Source: an uncultured Oscillospiraceae bacterium (GTDB taxonomy: Bacteria; Bacillota; Clostridia; Oscillospirales; Oscillospiraceae). Taken from it: a DNA stretch of 63,270 nucleotides. The notes below the pieces were generated by a model. It ran no database searches. It was not told the origin of the DNA and saw nothing but the letters and a program-made list of their open reading frames with translations. The translations under genes and the position numbers were made by a program. Position 1 is the first letter of the stretch. Every line of letters begins with the position of its first letter. This document shows, piece by piece, positions 38,802 through 47,710 of the stretch. Location of the stretch: contig CAYJOS010000001.1 of assembly GCA_964371875.1 (NCBI GenBank), forward strand, positions 1 to 63,270, in the 5' to 3' direction.

Positions 38802-39575
38802 TTATGGGTTTTGAGTTGCAACACCTTCATACACTTCATTATAGAACGAGTCGAAAGTTCCTGTTGTTCCTGATCTGGAAATAAGGATTTCGACACGTCT
38901 GTTTTTGGTTCTGTCTTCTTCAGTGTCGAAGGGTGCTATAGGTCTAAACTGACCAAAGCCGAGGCTAACTAGTTTGCTTGGATCAATAAGATTTTTTTCT
39001 TGAATGAAAGCTGCAACAACAGCCGAGCGGTTTGCCGATAAAACACGGTCGAACATAAGTTCATTAGGCAAATCGGGGTGAGCCTGTGTTGTGTGTCCTA
39101 AAACTTGAATTTCGCCGATTGCTTCAGGCGCTTCGGCAATTATTTCCGTGAACGCATCAAGGACAACAACGCCCTCGGGTCTTAAAACAGAGCTGTCACC
39201 GTCGAAGAAAACGCTGTCGTTAAAGCGTATGAATTGATAGTCTGCACCTTTTGAAATTTCGATATCCACCGAATCTTCAAATTCTGCCTGCATTGCCTGC
39301 AAGTCAGCGTACATTTCTTCAAATTGTTTGTTTATATCAAATTCAACCGAACCAGGAACAGGGTCCGTTCCCTCGTCTAGGTTATTGGGGTCGGCGATTT
39401 GGGTGACATCTGTTGCGTCGGGGTTGAAACTTTGCACAAGATGAATCCATTTTGTTTGGTCAACTGTTGAGATTGAGTAAAGCAAAACAAAGAAACACAT
39501 AAGCAGTGTAACCATGTCGCCATATGTATCCATCCAGTTTGAACCCTCTTCTGCCGATTTTTTAGTTCGCTTCAT
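38802..39575 (-). CDS. motB: Flagellar stator protein MotB
   Basis: The TM helix carries the conserved Asp (YGDMVTLLMCFF). The C-terminus is OmpA-like (RSAVVAAFI...NRRVEI). Confidence 0.9.
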   Translation of the reverse strand: MKRTKKSAEEGSNWMDTYGDMVTLLMCFFVLLYSISTVDQTKWIHLVQSFNPDATDVTQIADPNNLDEGTDPVPGSVEFDINKQFEEMYADLQAMQAEFEDSVDIEISKGADYQFIRFNDSVFFDGDSSVLRPEGVVVLDAFTEIIAEAPEAIGEIQVLGHTTQAHPDLPNELMFDRVLSANRSAVVAAFIQEKNLIDPSKLVSLGFGQFRPIAPFDTEEDRTKNRRVEILISRSGTTGTFDSFYNEVYEGVATQNP

Positions 39576-39612
39576 AGATCAAACTCCTAAAGTGAAATAG
39601 GGTACATTGTGA

Positions 39613-40437
39613 TTATTTTTTCTTGCCTTTTTTGCCGCCGCCACCGTCGTCACCGCCGCCACCTTCGCTGTCGATAATTTTTCCTCTTTTCTTTTGGTGG
39701 AGCTGTGAGGCTAGGCGCTCTTTAAGGTTTTTTGGGTTTTCACCAGATTGAATTCCGATGACACCCTCTATTATAATCTGTTTATACAGAATTTCTTCCT
39801 CGTTACGAATACGGAGCTTTTTTGAAATTGGTGCAAAGATAAGGTTTGCAAACAAGCTTCCGTAAAATGTTGTGATAAGAGCAACGGACATGTCGGCACC
39901 GATATTTGATGAACCCGAGGTAACGTCCATACCCTTAAGCATGTTGATAAGTCCAACAAGCGTACCAACCATTCCGAATGCTGGACAGTATGCGTTAAGC
40001 TTGTCGTAAATTGCGATTTCGTCTTCATGTCGCTTGTCCATTGAAGCAACTTCACTTTCGAGAAGTTCACGAACTTTATCGGCTTCAACAGCATCGACAA
40101 CGTACATAATTCCTTGTTTAAAAAATGGGTCTGTAAGTGCGTTTGCTTGTTCTTCAAGAGCAAGCAAACCATTTTTTCTGGCTAGTTGAGCAAATTCAAC
40201 CAATGTTTCTATCGTGGGTTCTGGTCTAAACGCTTTAGCTGAAATTAGTGATTTACCGTGCTTAATAGTGTTTTTAAGCATATTTAGAGGGAAGCTTGCT
40301 ATAACTGCGGCGAATGTACCACCCAAAACGATAGCAAGGCTGGCTGGATCTATGAAGTTACCTAGTTTATCTAAACCAATACCCCAGACTACGACTCCTA
40401 GTCCTGCTAAAATACCTACAATTGTTGTTACATCCAT
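39613..40437 (-). CDS. motA: Flagellar stator protein MotA, with a Gly/Lys-rich C-terminal tail
   Basis: The MotA/ExbB core includes PAFGMVGTLVGL. The tail is SEGGGGDDGGGGKKGKKK. Confidence 0.9.
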   Translation of the reverse strand: MDVTTIVGILAGLGVVVWGIGLDKLGNFIDPASLAIVLGGTFAAVIASFPLNMLKNTIKHGKSLISAKAFRPEPTIETLVEFAQLARKNGLLALEEQANALTDPFFKQGIMYVVDAVEADKVRELLESEVASMDKRHEDEIAIYDKLNAYCPAFGMVGTLVGLINMLKGMDVTSGSSNIGADMSVALITTFYGSLFANLIFAPISKKLRIRNEEEILYKQIIIEGVIGIQSGENPKNLKERLASQLHQKKRGKIIDSEGGGGDDGGGGKKGKKK

Positions 40438-40442
40438 TGCGT

Positions 40443-40646
40443 TTAGTCCTCCCAGCCGAATGTTCTATGTATACATTCGTTACGAAATTTTACTATTTTT
40501 TCATAAATTATTTCTTTTGGCTCTTTGACAATATGATATCGTCCATTCATCATAATGATTTTGGATTCAGGGATAATTTCTATATTTTCGATTTGATTTG
40601 GGTTAATTAGAATGATTTCGTCGTTTATCTTAGTTAATTCTATCAA
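40443..40646 (-). CDS. flbD: Flagellar protein FlbD
   Basis: It is 67 aa. The sequence MIELTKINDEIILINPNQIENIE...MNGRYHIVKE is typical FlbD, and the gene lies upstream of motA. Confidence 0.9.
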   Translation of the reverse strand: MIELTKINDEIILINPNQIENIEIIPESKIIMMNGRYHIVKEPKEIIYEKIVKFRNECIHRTFGWED

Positions 40647-40709
40647 AATTCATCATCCTTTTCAAGTGTGGCGAAGAAAAAATCTTCGCCACTTTATAAA
40701 TTTAACAAA

Positions 40710-41618
40710 TTAGCGCTTCATATTAACTAATTCTTCTAACATTTCGTCAGTAACTGTGATGATTTTGGTGTTTGCTTGGTATCCTCTTTGTGTTGTGATC
40801 ATACCAGCAATCTCTGTTGACAGGTCAACGTTCGCCATTTCGAGGTAGTTACTCAAAACTTTACCCATAGAACCTGTGCTTTGAACAGCGGTAACATCAC
40901 CTGCGTTTGCTCCGATATTATATAGATAACCGGCTGTTTGATTAAGACCGTTTACGTTTTCAACAGAAGCAAGTGCAAGTTTACCGATTGTGATTTTTGA
41001 GTTGTCCATGGCAATACCTGTGACAACACCGTCTGTTCCTATTGTGACAGATTGGATTTCAAATTGTTCACCTGCATTATCAGGATCTTCTGGAATAACA
41101 ATTCTTCCCATTTCATCATATGTATCTTCAAAATCTGTGCTTAATGGATCGTCTACAGAAAAACCATAAACATAGTTACCTTGTGCGTCAACAAGATAAC
41201 CGTTATCGTCAATTGTAAAAATACCAACACGAGTTAGTGACATACCATTTTCTGCAAGTTCGTCAACAGGAACGTCGTCACCTGCGACTGCAGGACCAAC
41301 GATGAAAAATCCTGTTCCATCTATCATACAGTTAAGGCCTTGTCCTGTGTATCCCCAGCTACCTACGCCGTGGTTTGTTGAGATAGAACCGAGGTTAACA
41401 CCGAAACCGAGTTGTGAGCTGTTAACACCACCGATACCGCCGTCGACATCAGCACCGCCACTACCGACAGTGACATTTTGATACATAGCATCTTGGAAGT
41501 TTGCTGTACGAGCCTTAAAACCCCAAGTGTTAACGTTTGCGATATTATGGCTTATAACGTCCATTTTAGATTGGTGAGTCTGCAATCCTGAGATAGCAGC
41601 TGTCATTGATTTAACCAT
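40710..41618 (-). CDS. flgE: Flagellar hook protein FlgE (short form, 302 aa)
   Basis: The N-terminal motif is ISHNIANVNTWGFK and the C-terminal motif is MITTQRGYQANTKIITVTDEML. Confidence 0.85.
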   Translation of the reverse strand: MVKSMTAAISGLQTHQSKMDVISHNIANVNTWGFKARTANFQDAMYQNVTVGSGGADVDGGIGGVNSSQLGFGVNLGSISTNHGVGSWGYTGQGLNCMIDGTGFFIVGPAVAGDDVPVDELAENGMSLTRVGIFTIDDNGYLVDAQGNYVYGFSVDDPLSTDFEDTYDEMGRIVIPEDPDNAGEQFEIQSVTIGTDGVVTGIAMDNSKITIGKLALASVENVNGLNQTAGYLYNIGANAGDVTAVQSTGSMGKVLSNYLEMANVDLSTEIAGMITTQRGYQANTKIITVTDEMLEELVNMKR

Positions 41619-41696
41619 TTTTTAGCTATCCTTTCTTTATCCATGCGTTACCCTTGTCATTCGCACAAGGGCAATAAGCCTCCATAATGGTCCGGC

Positions 41697-42077
41697 TTAT
41701 AATAAGATTGCGCTGTCTATATTTGTAAAAACTTTGTTTTTCATTTCAAGCGGATTCATAGTTGTAACCACCGTATTGTTCGGAATATTAACTACAAATG
41801 CACTTTCTTGCCCGATTATGACAACATCACGAGCACCTTTTTCTTTCGCCTTTTCGATGGCATGTTCAAGGTCGATTTTCATTTCATCAGTCATTTCAAT
41901 TCCACGCTCGTTCATTCGAGTGAGGGCATGTTTTGAAAACTGTACCGAGCTTTCTTTTTTTATTTCTTTATCAAGAAGTTCGGCAAAATCGCTTTTCTGA
42001 GTTGAATTTGATTTATGTAATTGAAGGTCGTGATTTAATCGTAATTGGGAAATGCTGGTCATTTTATCTACCGACAT
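41697..42077 (-). CDS. Small flagellar operon protein (TIGR02530-type) between flgD and flgE
   Basis: It is 126 aa. The pattern VQFSKHALTRMNERGI...IIGQESAFVVNIPNNTVVT and its position both match the conserved Firmicute gene. Confidence 0.7.
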   Translation of the reverse strand: MSVDKMTSISQLRLNHDLQLHKSNSTQKSDFAELLDKEIKKESSVQFSKHALTRMNERGIEMTDEMKIDLEHAIEKAKEKGARDVVIIGQESAFVVNIPNNTVVTTMNPLEMKNKVFTNIDSAILL

Positions 42078-42147
42078 TTTTGCCTCCGTTCTGAACTTAT
42101 ATGTTCAATTTTTTCGGATTACAGTCGGGATTTACTGTTACGAAAAA

Positions 42148-43026
42148 TTATTCAGGGAAAATTAAATTTGCTTCAGAACTTTCTTCAACTTCAGGGAAAA
42201 TCAAAGATTTGTCATCTTCTTCAGAGCTGTTATCAGGCTCGTCAGTTTTTTCTTTATCAGGGAAAATCAAAGCTTTTGCGGTTTGAGCTGTGCTGTCTGA
42301 AACATCATCGCTTCCGCTTGCCGCATTGACATTGTCATCGTTTTCAGATGAGCTATTGTCCCCTGTTCCTGATGTTTGTCCTGTTGCTGCAGCTTCTCCA
42401 CCTGTTGTCGAATTATCTGTTGAAGTGTCTGTACTGCTGCCACCTGTTGTTGTATCGCCTGATACACCTGAGTTATCACCAGTTGTGGTGTTGGTTGTGT
42501 CATCTGTGTCAACGCCGTCAACAGTTTCGTCTTCAAGCTCTTCTTCAGGCACGACTTCCTCTTCGGGGACTTCGGATATTCCTGGAACTGTTCCGACAGT
42601 CATGACTTGTGAAAGGCTATATTCCTTATCTCCGATGAAAATTGATGGAACTGAACCCATTAAAACACCGTTTACAACGCCTGTTGTGGTTTTTTGTGTA
42701 GCTTCGCCTTCGTCATCATATTCCAGAATTGGAACACCAAAATCATCAACTTCAACTACGGTTACTGTTTGATTTACCATAGACATGCCGTATTGAGTGG
42801 AGTTGATTTGCGACATTTGTACGATTGCTTCAATCATTTGTGTTTGAACAAGTTGGTTCATCATCTCAGCAGTATCCATAGGATTATCTGCGTCTTGATA
42901 TTTCATTTGGGTTGCAAGTAAGGTGTAAAAGTCATCAACTGTTAAAGTTCCGCTGGTACTATCAGTTTTTGTAGTGTAGCTGTAATTTGATACTGAAGCA
43001 TTTTGGGATACGCCATCTACTGCCAT
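42148..43026 (-). CDS. flgD: Hook-capping protein FlgD with a 140-aa acidic, Thr/Ser-rich C-terminal extension
   Basis: The FlgD N-terminal region is LTVDDFYTLLATQMKYQDADNPMDTAEMMNQLVQ, followed by a beta domain. From residue 150 the sequence is low complexity and ends in three LIFP[DE] motifs. Confidence 0.85.
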   Translation of the reverse strand: MAVDGVSQNASVSNYSYTTKTDSTSGTLTVDDFYTLLATQMKYQDADNPMDTAEMMNQLVQTQMIEAIVQMSQINSTQYGMSMVNQTVTVVEVDDFGVPILEYDDEGEATQKTTTGVVNGVLMGSVPSIFIGDKEYSLSQVMTVGTVPGISEVPEEEVVPEEELEDETVDGVDTDDTTNTTTGDNSGVSGDTTTGGSSTDTSTDNSTTGGEAAATGQTSGTGDNSSSENDDNVNAASGSDDVSDSTAQTAKALIFPDKEKTDEPDNSSEEDDKSLIFPEVEESSEANLIFPE

Positions 43027-43041
43027 TTACATCTCCTTTCT

Positions 43042-43968
43042 TCACATTTGCGTGAGTCCAAGTCTTAATTGTTGCAGAAAATCGGTTGAGTCGGCAAAAT
43101 CTTTGCCATTGTTTTGATTTTCGCTTTGAGCTTGTCTGTTGCCTTGCTCGTCATTTTGACGCTCTTGTTGCATGAAATCCTTTGGCGGAGTTTCAAGAAT
43201 GACCTGTGTTTCAGTGCCTGAACGGTTTTCCAAAATCGAAGCGATATCGCCTGAGTTTCTGGAAAGTGTTTGAAGCGTGTCAAGGTCAGAGCACAAAATT
43301 GTGACAACTGCTTTTCCTGCTTCCATAGAAGCCTTGATGGTTAAAGTTCCCAAATTTTCGGGTTGTAGCTGAATTTCAAAACTCTCCTTGCCTAACATGA
43401 CATTTTCGGCTATGGTCTGGTTGATTTCAGATACATATTCAGGGCTTAAAATTTCACTTGCGGTCGGCACGGCACTTGCAGATAAATCATAGTTTAACTG
43501 AGTTGTCAAAGGCAAAATTATTGTGCTGTCAGAGTCAGATTGTGAATTTGAATTCATCAAAAATTCGCCTGTTTGACCGTTTTGTGACTGTGAAGCATTG
43601 GAATTTTCAGTCATGATTGGCTGAGTTCCGACAACGGTTTGAACAGTTTGTTCAACAGCTAAAAGCCCAGTTTCGCCTGTAGTTGCCATCGGTTTTTGCA
43701 TATCGACAAATGCTGGATTTATGAAAAGTGACATGATGTCTGACATAAGTCCGTCTTCGTCGGTAAGCAAATTTTCAACAACGACTTCGGTTTCACCTGT
43801 GAACATTCCTAAAATTTCTTCTGTCGGTACAGTTTGAACTTTTGCCATCATTTGGGAAAAGTTTGTGCCTTCTCCAGCTGATTGGGCATTACTGCTTGGG
43901 GCTTGAGTTTGCGGTGCTTGGAAATTAATCTGGGGTATAGTTACTTGCATTGTTTCACCTCCCTTCAA
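43042..43968 (-). CDS. fliK: Hook-length control protein FliK
   Basis: The N-terminal half is Gln/Ser-rich and disordered. The C-terminal Flg_hook-like block is FEIQLQPENLGTLTIKASMEAGKAVVTILCSD. Confidence 0.8.
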   Translation of the reverse strand: MKGGETMQVTIPQINFQAPQTQAPSSNAQSAGEGTNFSQMMAKVQTVPTEEILGMFTGETEVVVENLLTDEDGLMSDIMSLFINPAFVDMQKPMATTGETGLLAVEQTVQTVVGTQPIMTENSNASQSQNGQTGEFLMNSNSQSDSDSTIILPLTTQLNYDLSASAVPTASEILSPEYVSEINQTIAENVMLGKESFEIQLQPENLGTLTIKASMEAGKAVVTILCSDLDTLQTLSRNSGDIASILENRSGTETQVILETPPKDFMQQERQNDEQGNRQAQSENQNNGKDFADSTDFLQQLRLGLTQM

Positions 43969-44010
43969 GAATTAATTACTATAATATAATGTATATATAC
44001 ATATTATATT

Positions 44011-44460
44011 TTAAGCTCTTTTAGATGCAGTTGCGGTGTTTGAAACAAATTCTTCTATGAAATGTTCCTCGGCTTTCGCCACTGCTTTGGAGTATTCCTC
44101 TTTGCGTTTGTCTTTGATTTTATCAATGGAACTGCGATCCATTTTAGCGTTCATGAGTTCTTCGAGCTTTTTCTCTTTTTGCTTTTCAAGCTCTGATAGA
44201 ACTTTTTTTGCCCTCTCTATTTGATAGGCTTTTTCGGTTAAAAAGACTTCGTATATATGTACGATATTGATTTTGCAACCGTTTGATTTTTCTTCGTCAA
44301 GTTTGATTGAACAATCAATTGCTTCCTTTTCCAGTCGTGCTATCACTGCTTCTTGGTCAGAAATTTTTGATAGAATTCCTGCGTGTTCATTTCGGATATT
44401 ATCTTCAACTTGTTCCCTGTAACTCAAAACTTTTTGAAGGGAAAACTGGAATTTTTTCAA
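44011..44460 (-). CDS. fliJ: Flagellar export chaperone FliJ
   Basis: It is a 149-aa coiled coil starting MKKFQFSLQKVLSYRE, and it lies directly after fliI. Confidence 0.85.
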   Translation of the reverse strand: MKKFQFSLQKVLSYREQVEDNIRNEHAGILSKISDQEAVIARLEKEAIDCSIKLDEEKSNGCKINIVHIYEVFLTEKAYQIERAKKVLSELEKQKEKKLEELMNAKMDRSSIDKIKDKRKEEYSKAVAKAEEHFIEEFVSNTATASKRA

Positions 44461-44488
44461 GGGTACACCTCCGATGTTTGCTGGGTAA

Positions 44489-45799
44489 TTAGCCGTTTAA
44501 AACTGTGTCCATCATTTCGTACATTTTAGTTTGGTTGCAATTTTCGCCCATATCTTGCTTTAAAAATTCCTTGACGGTGTCAATCTTTTTAATAGCGTGA
44601 TTTAGCTTTTTATTACTGCCGTCTTTATAAGCACCGATAGATATTAAATCTTCGTTTTGCTCATAAATACTCAAAATATCTCTCATTTGTGAGGCAGATT
44701 GTTTCTGTTTTGCGTCGACAATATTCGGCATAAGCCTTGAAATGCTTGAGCTGATATCTATTGCTGGGAAATGGTTTGAGTTGGCAAGTTTTCGACTTAA
44801 AACTATGTGTCCGTCCAAAATACCTCGGACGGTGTCGGCAACAGGCTCATTTGTGTCGTCACCCTCAACCAAGACAGTGTAAATTCCAGTGATAGAACCT
44901 TGGTTGAACATACCGCTTCTCTCCAAAAGTTTTGGAAATTCGGCATAAATCGACGGTGTATATCCACGGGCGACGGGTGGTTCGCCAGTTGCAAGCCCAA
45001 TTTCACGTTGAGCCATGGCAAATCTTGTAAGTGAATCCATCATCAGCATAACATTTTTGCCTTGATCTCTGAAATATTCCGCAATTGTTGTTGCAACTAG
45101 TGGGCATTTCATGCGGAGCATTGCAGGCTGGTCGGAGGTTGCGACAACTAAAACCGAGCGTTTCATGCCCTCGGGCCCAAGGTCGTGTTCGACAAATTCC
45201 CTGACCTCACGTCCACGTTCTCCAACCAGTGCGATTACGTTTATATCGGCTTCAACATTTCGGGCAATCATGCCCAAAAGTGTACTTTTTCCAACACCTG
45301 AACCTGCAAAAATTCCTATACGCTGACCCTTGCCTATGGTGTTTAGGGAGTCGATTGCGCGTATTCCAAAATGCATTCTCTCCCTAATGGGAGGTCTGTC
45401 CAAAGGGTTGATTTTGGGGTTTTCTACATAATAAAATTTTTCTGAGGGGAAAGCCCCTTTTCCGTCAATTGGATTTCCCATGGCGTCGATAATTCTGCCT
45501 TTAAGAAACTGCCCGACAGGGATTTTTAAACGTTTTTTTGTGTTTCTAACAAAACTATCAGGTCCAATTCCTGGAATATCTTCATAAGCCATAAGTTGGA
45601 TTTTATCGCCTTGAAATCCAACAACTTCGGCTGGGATTTGTTTTTTTTGGTCTTCATTATAAATGAGAACAATGTCGCCTATGTTTGCACCTTTGCCTGA
45701 AGCAGTCATAGAGATGCCCGTGACATTTTCAATTTTGCCGATATAACTGATGGTGTCGGCATTTTTTATCATCGTAGGTAAATCTCTTAGCATTGGCAA
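44489..45799 (-). CDS. fliI: Flagellum-specific ATPase FliI
   Basis: Walker A is GSGVGKST, Walker B is LMMDSLTR, and the overall layout resembles the F1 beta subunit. Confidence 0.95.
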   Translation of the reverse strand: MPMLRDLPTMIKNADTISYIGKIENVTGISMTASGKGANIGDIVLIYNEDQKKQIPAEVVGFQGDKIQLMAYEDIPGIGPDSFVRNTKKRLKIPVGQFLKGRIIDAMGNPIDGKGAFPSEKFYYVENPKINPLDRPPIRERMHFGIRAIDSLNTIGKGQRIGIFAGSGVGKSTLLGMIARNVEADINVIALVGERGREVREFVEHDLGPEGMKRSVLVVATSDQPAMLRMKCPLVATTIAEYFRDQGKNVMLMMDSLTRFAMAQREIGLATGEPPVARGYTPSIYAEFPKLLERSGMFNQGSITGIYTVLVEGDDTNEPVADTVRGILDGHIVLSRKLANSNHFPAIDISSSISRLMPNIVDAKQKQSASQMRDILSIYEQNEDLISIGAYKDGSNKKLNHAIKKIDTVKEFLKQDMGENCNQTKMYEMMDTVLNG

Positions 45800-45807
45800 G
45801 CCCTCAC

Positions 45808-46632
45808 TTAAAGTCGTGCATTATTTAAAATTTCCTTGATATTTTCAAGCTGTGTTTTAACACTGATATCCATAATTGCATCGGGTGTTTCAACTATGCA
45901 AGTTCCTGGTTCGCTCTCGTCGATAACCACAATTTTTACACTTTCGGCTATATGCGAAATGCTCTCTAAAAATTCTGTATCGCCAGAAATGTCAATGCCT
46001 TCGCCACTATTACCTATATAAATTTTAGCCCAACTTACTTTTTTCATTTTTTCGGTTGCGACCAAAATCATTCGCTCAATAACTTCTTTGCTGGACTTCA
46101 AACTTGTTTGAACTATTTTTTCTCCGATTGCGATTGAAATATTTTTTAATGCATCTAAATATTGCTCTAAAAGCTTTTCTTTCTCCTCAGAAATTTCATA
46201 AATTTCATTTTCAAGTCTTTCCATAAAATTGTTGAGCTCTAAAGTGATTTTTTTGTCTGCATCTTCGGTTGCCCGTCGAAGACCTTCGGCATAGCCATCT
46301 TCTTCGCCTTTTGCAAATGACTCATTATATTTTTTTTCAGCCTCAACTTTGCATTTTTCCTCGGCTTGGAGAATGATTTGCGTTGCAGCTTCACGGGCGT
46401 CGGCAACTATTTGCTCTGCATCGGCAATTGCTTTTTGCAGTGTGTTTGTCGCCAAAAGATCCTCTTCAAAAACATCTTCTTCGGGGATGAATTCTTCTTC
46501 TACTTCTTCGATTTTAATTTCATCTATAATTTCTTCGATTATAGCAAAATTGCTGTCGAGATTTATGGTTTTGGGCACATAAAGACTGATTTCTCTATTG
46601 AAAGGGTTATCGGGCTTTAATATGTTAGACAA
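45808..46632 (-). CDS. fliH: Flagellar export stator FliH
   Basis: It has a charged coiled-coil middle and a FliH-type C-terminal domain. Its position is between fliG and fliI. Confidence 0.8.
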   Translation of the reverse strand: MSNILKPDNPFNREISLYVPKTINLDSNFAIIEEIIDEIKIEEVEEEFIPEEDVFEEDLLATNTLQKAIADAEQIVADAREAATQIILQAEEKCKVEAEKKYNESFAKGEEDGYAEGLRRATEDADKKITLELNNFMERLENEIYEISEEKEKLLEQYLDALKNISIAIGEKIVQTSLKSSKEVIERMILVATEKMKKVSWAKIYIGNSGEGIDISGDTEFLESISHIAESVKIVVIDESEPGTCIVETPDAIMDISVKTQLENIKEILNNARL

Positions 46633-47710
46633 TTATATCATCTCCTCCGCCGCCTTTACCGACGACAATTTCACCTTCTTCTTCAAGCTTTCTAATGATG
46701 TTAACGATACGTTGTTGCGCTTCTTCAACATCGCGAAGTCTTACATTAAATGTAATTTCAAGGTCGGATTTAATTGTTTCAGCCATTCTGGAAGACATGT
46801 TTGCAAAGAAAACATCCATGATTTCTTGACTTGAACTCTTAAGCGCATAGACAATGTCTTTCATGTTGCAATCTCTGATAAAACGTTGAATTGAGTGGCT
46901 GTCCATAAGTAGAATATCTTCGAAAACGAACATTTTTTTGCGGATTTCTTCTGCAAGTAATGGGTTGACTTTGCTCATCTCGTCGAAGATAAACTTCTCG
47001 TTTGACCTGTCCATGTGGTTCATGACGTCTGCGATATAGTCTATGCCGCCGATTTCTGTAAAGTCTGTTGTGAGAACGCTGTCGAATTTTTTGAGTAGAC
47101 TGCTTTCAATTGCACGGATAACTTCTGGTGAAGCACTTTCCATTTGGGCAATACTTTGAACAACCTTGATACGTGTTTTGTCGGGAAGTTCAGAGATAAG
47201 TGCCGCCGCTTGTCCCGGTTCTGCATAAGACAAAATCAAGGCGATTGCCTGAGGGCGCTCACGTTGCAAAACAGAATACAAGCTTTTTGTATCCATTTTT
47301 TGTATGAATTCAAATGAACGATTTTTAAGATATCTGTTCATTTTCTTCAGAAGTTCGGCAGCTGCCGCTTCGCCATAGGTTCTCTCTAAAACTGCACGGG
47401 CATATTCAATGCCGCCTTCTGTGACAACCTTTTGCGTTAGGCAAGCTTTGTAAAAATCATCCATTACAACGCTTGTGTCGTCTGAGGACATGTGCCCTAG
47501 TTTAGCAAGCTCTAATGTTAATTTTTCTACGTCTTCTTCGCTTAAATATTTATAAACTTTTGATGCACTATCAGCACCTAAAGCGGCGACGATAACAGCC
47601 GCTTTTTTTTGAAATGTAAGTTCAGGAGCAACGGCAGCGACTTCTGGCGTTTCGGCTACTTCTTGCTCTGTTTCTGTATCAGCTTTTTTAGAACTACGTG
47701 CCACTTTCAT
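46625..47710 (-). CDS. fliG: Flagellar rotor protein FliG
   Basis: The C-terminal torque-helix region is MSSRMAETIKSDLE...RLRDVEEAQQRIV, and an MFVFEDI motif is present. The N-terminal extension is about 30 aa. Confidence 0.95.
   Translation of the reverse strand: MKVARSSKKADTETEQEVAETPEVAAVAPELTFQKKAAVIVAALGADSASKVYKYLSEEDVEKLTLELAKLGHMSSDDTSVVMDDFYKACLTQKVVTEGGIEYARAVLERTYGEAAAAELLKKMNRYLKNRSFEFIQKMDTKSLYSVLQRERPQAIALILSYAEPGQAAALISELPDKTRIKVVQSIAQMESASPEVIRAIESSLLKKFDSVLTTDFTEIGGIDYIADVMNHMDRSNEKFIFDEMSKVNPLLAEEIRKKMFVFEDILLMDSHSIQRFIRDCNMKDIVYALKSSSQEIMDVFFANMSSRMAETIKSDLEITFNVRLRDVEEAQQRIVNIIRKLEEEGEIVVGKGGGGDDIIV

Noticed and set aside
43981-44010. An AT-only palindrome (core atgtatatatacat) in the 42-nt fliJ-fliK gap.
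   Set aside because: It is short and made only of A/T in an AT-rich intergenic spacer. Palindromes of this size are expected by chance, and no supporting promoter or operator context was seen.
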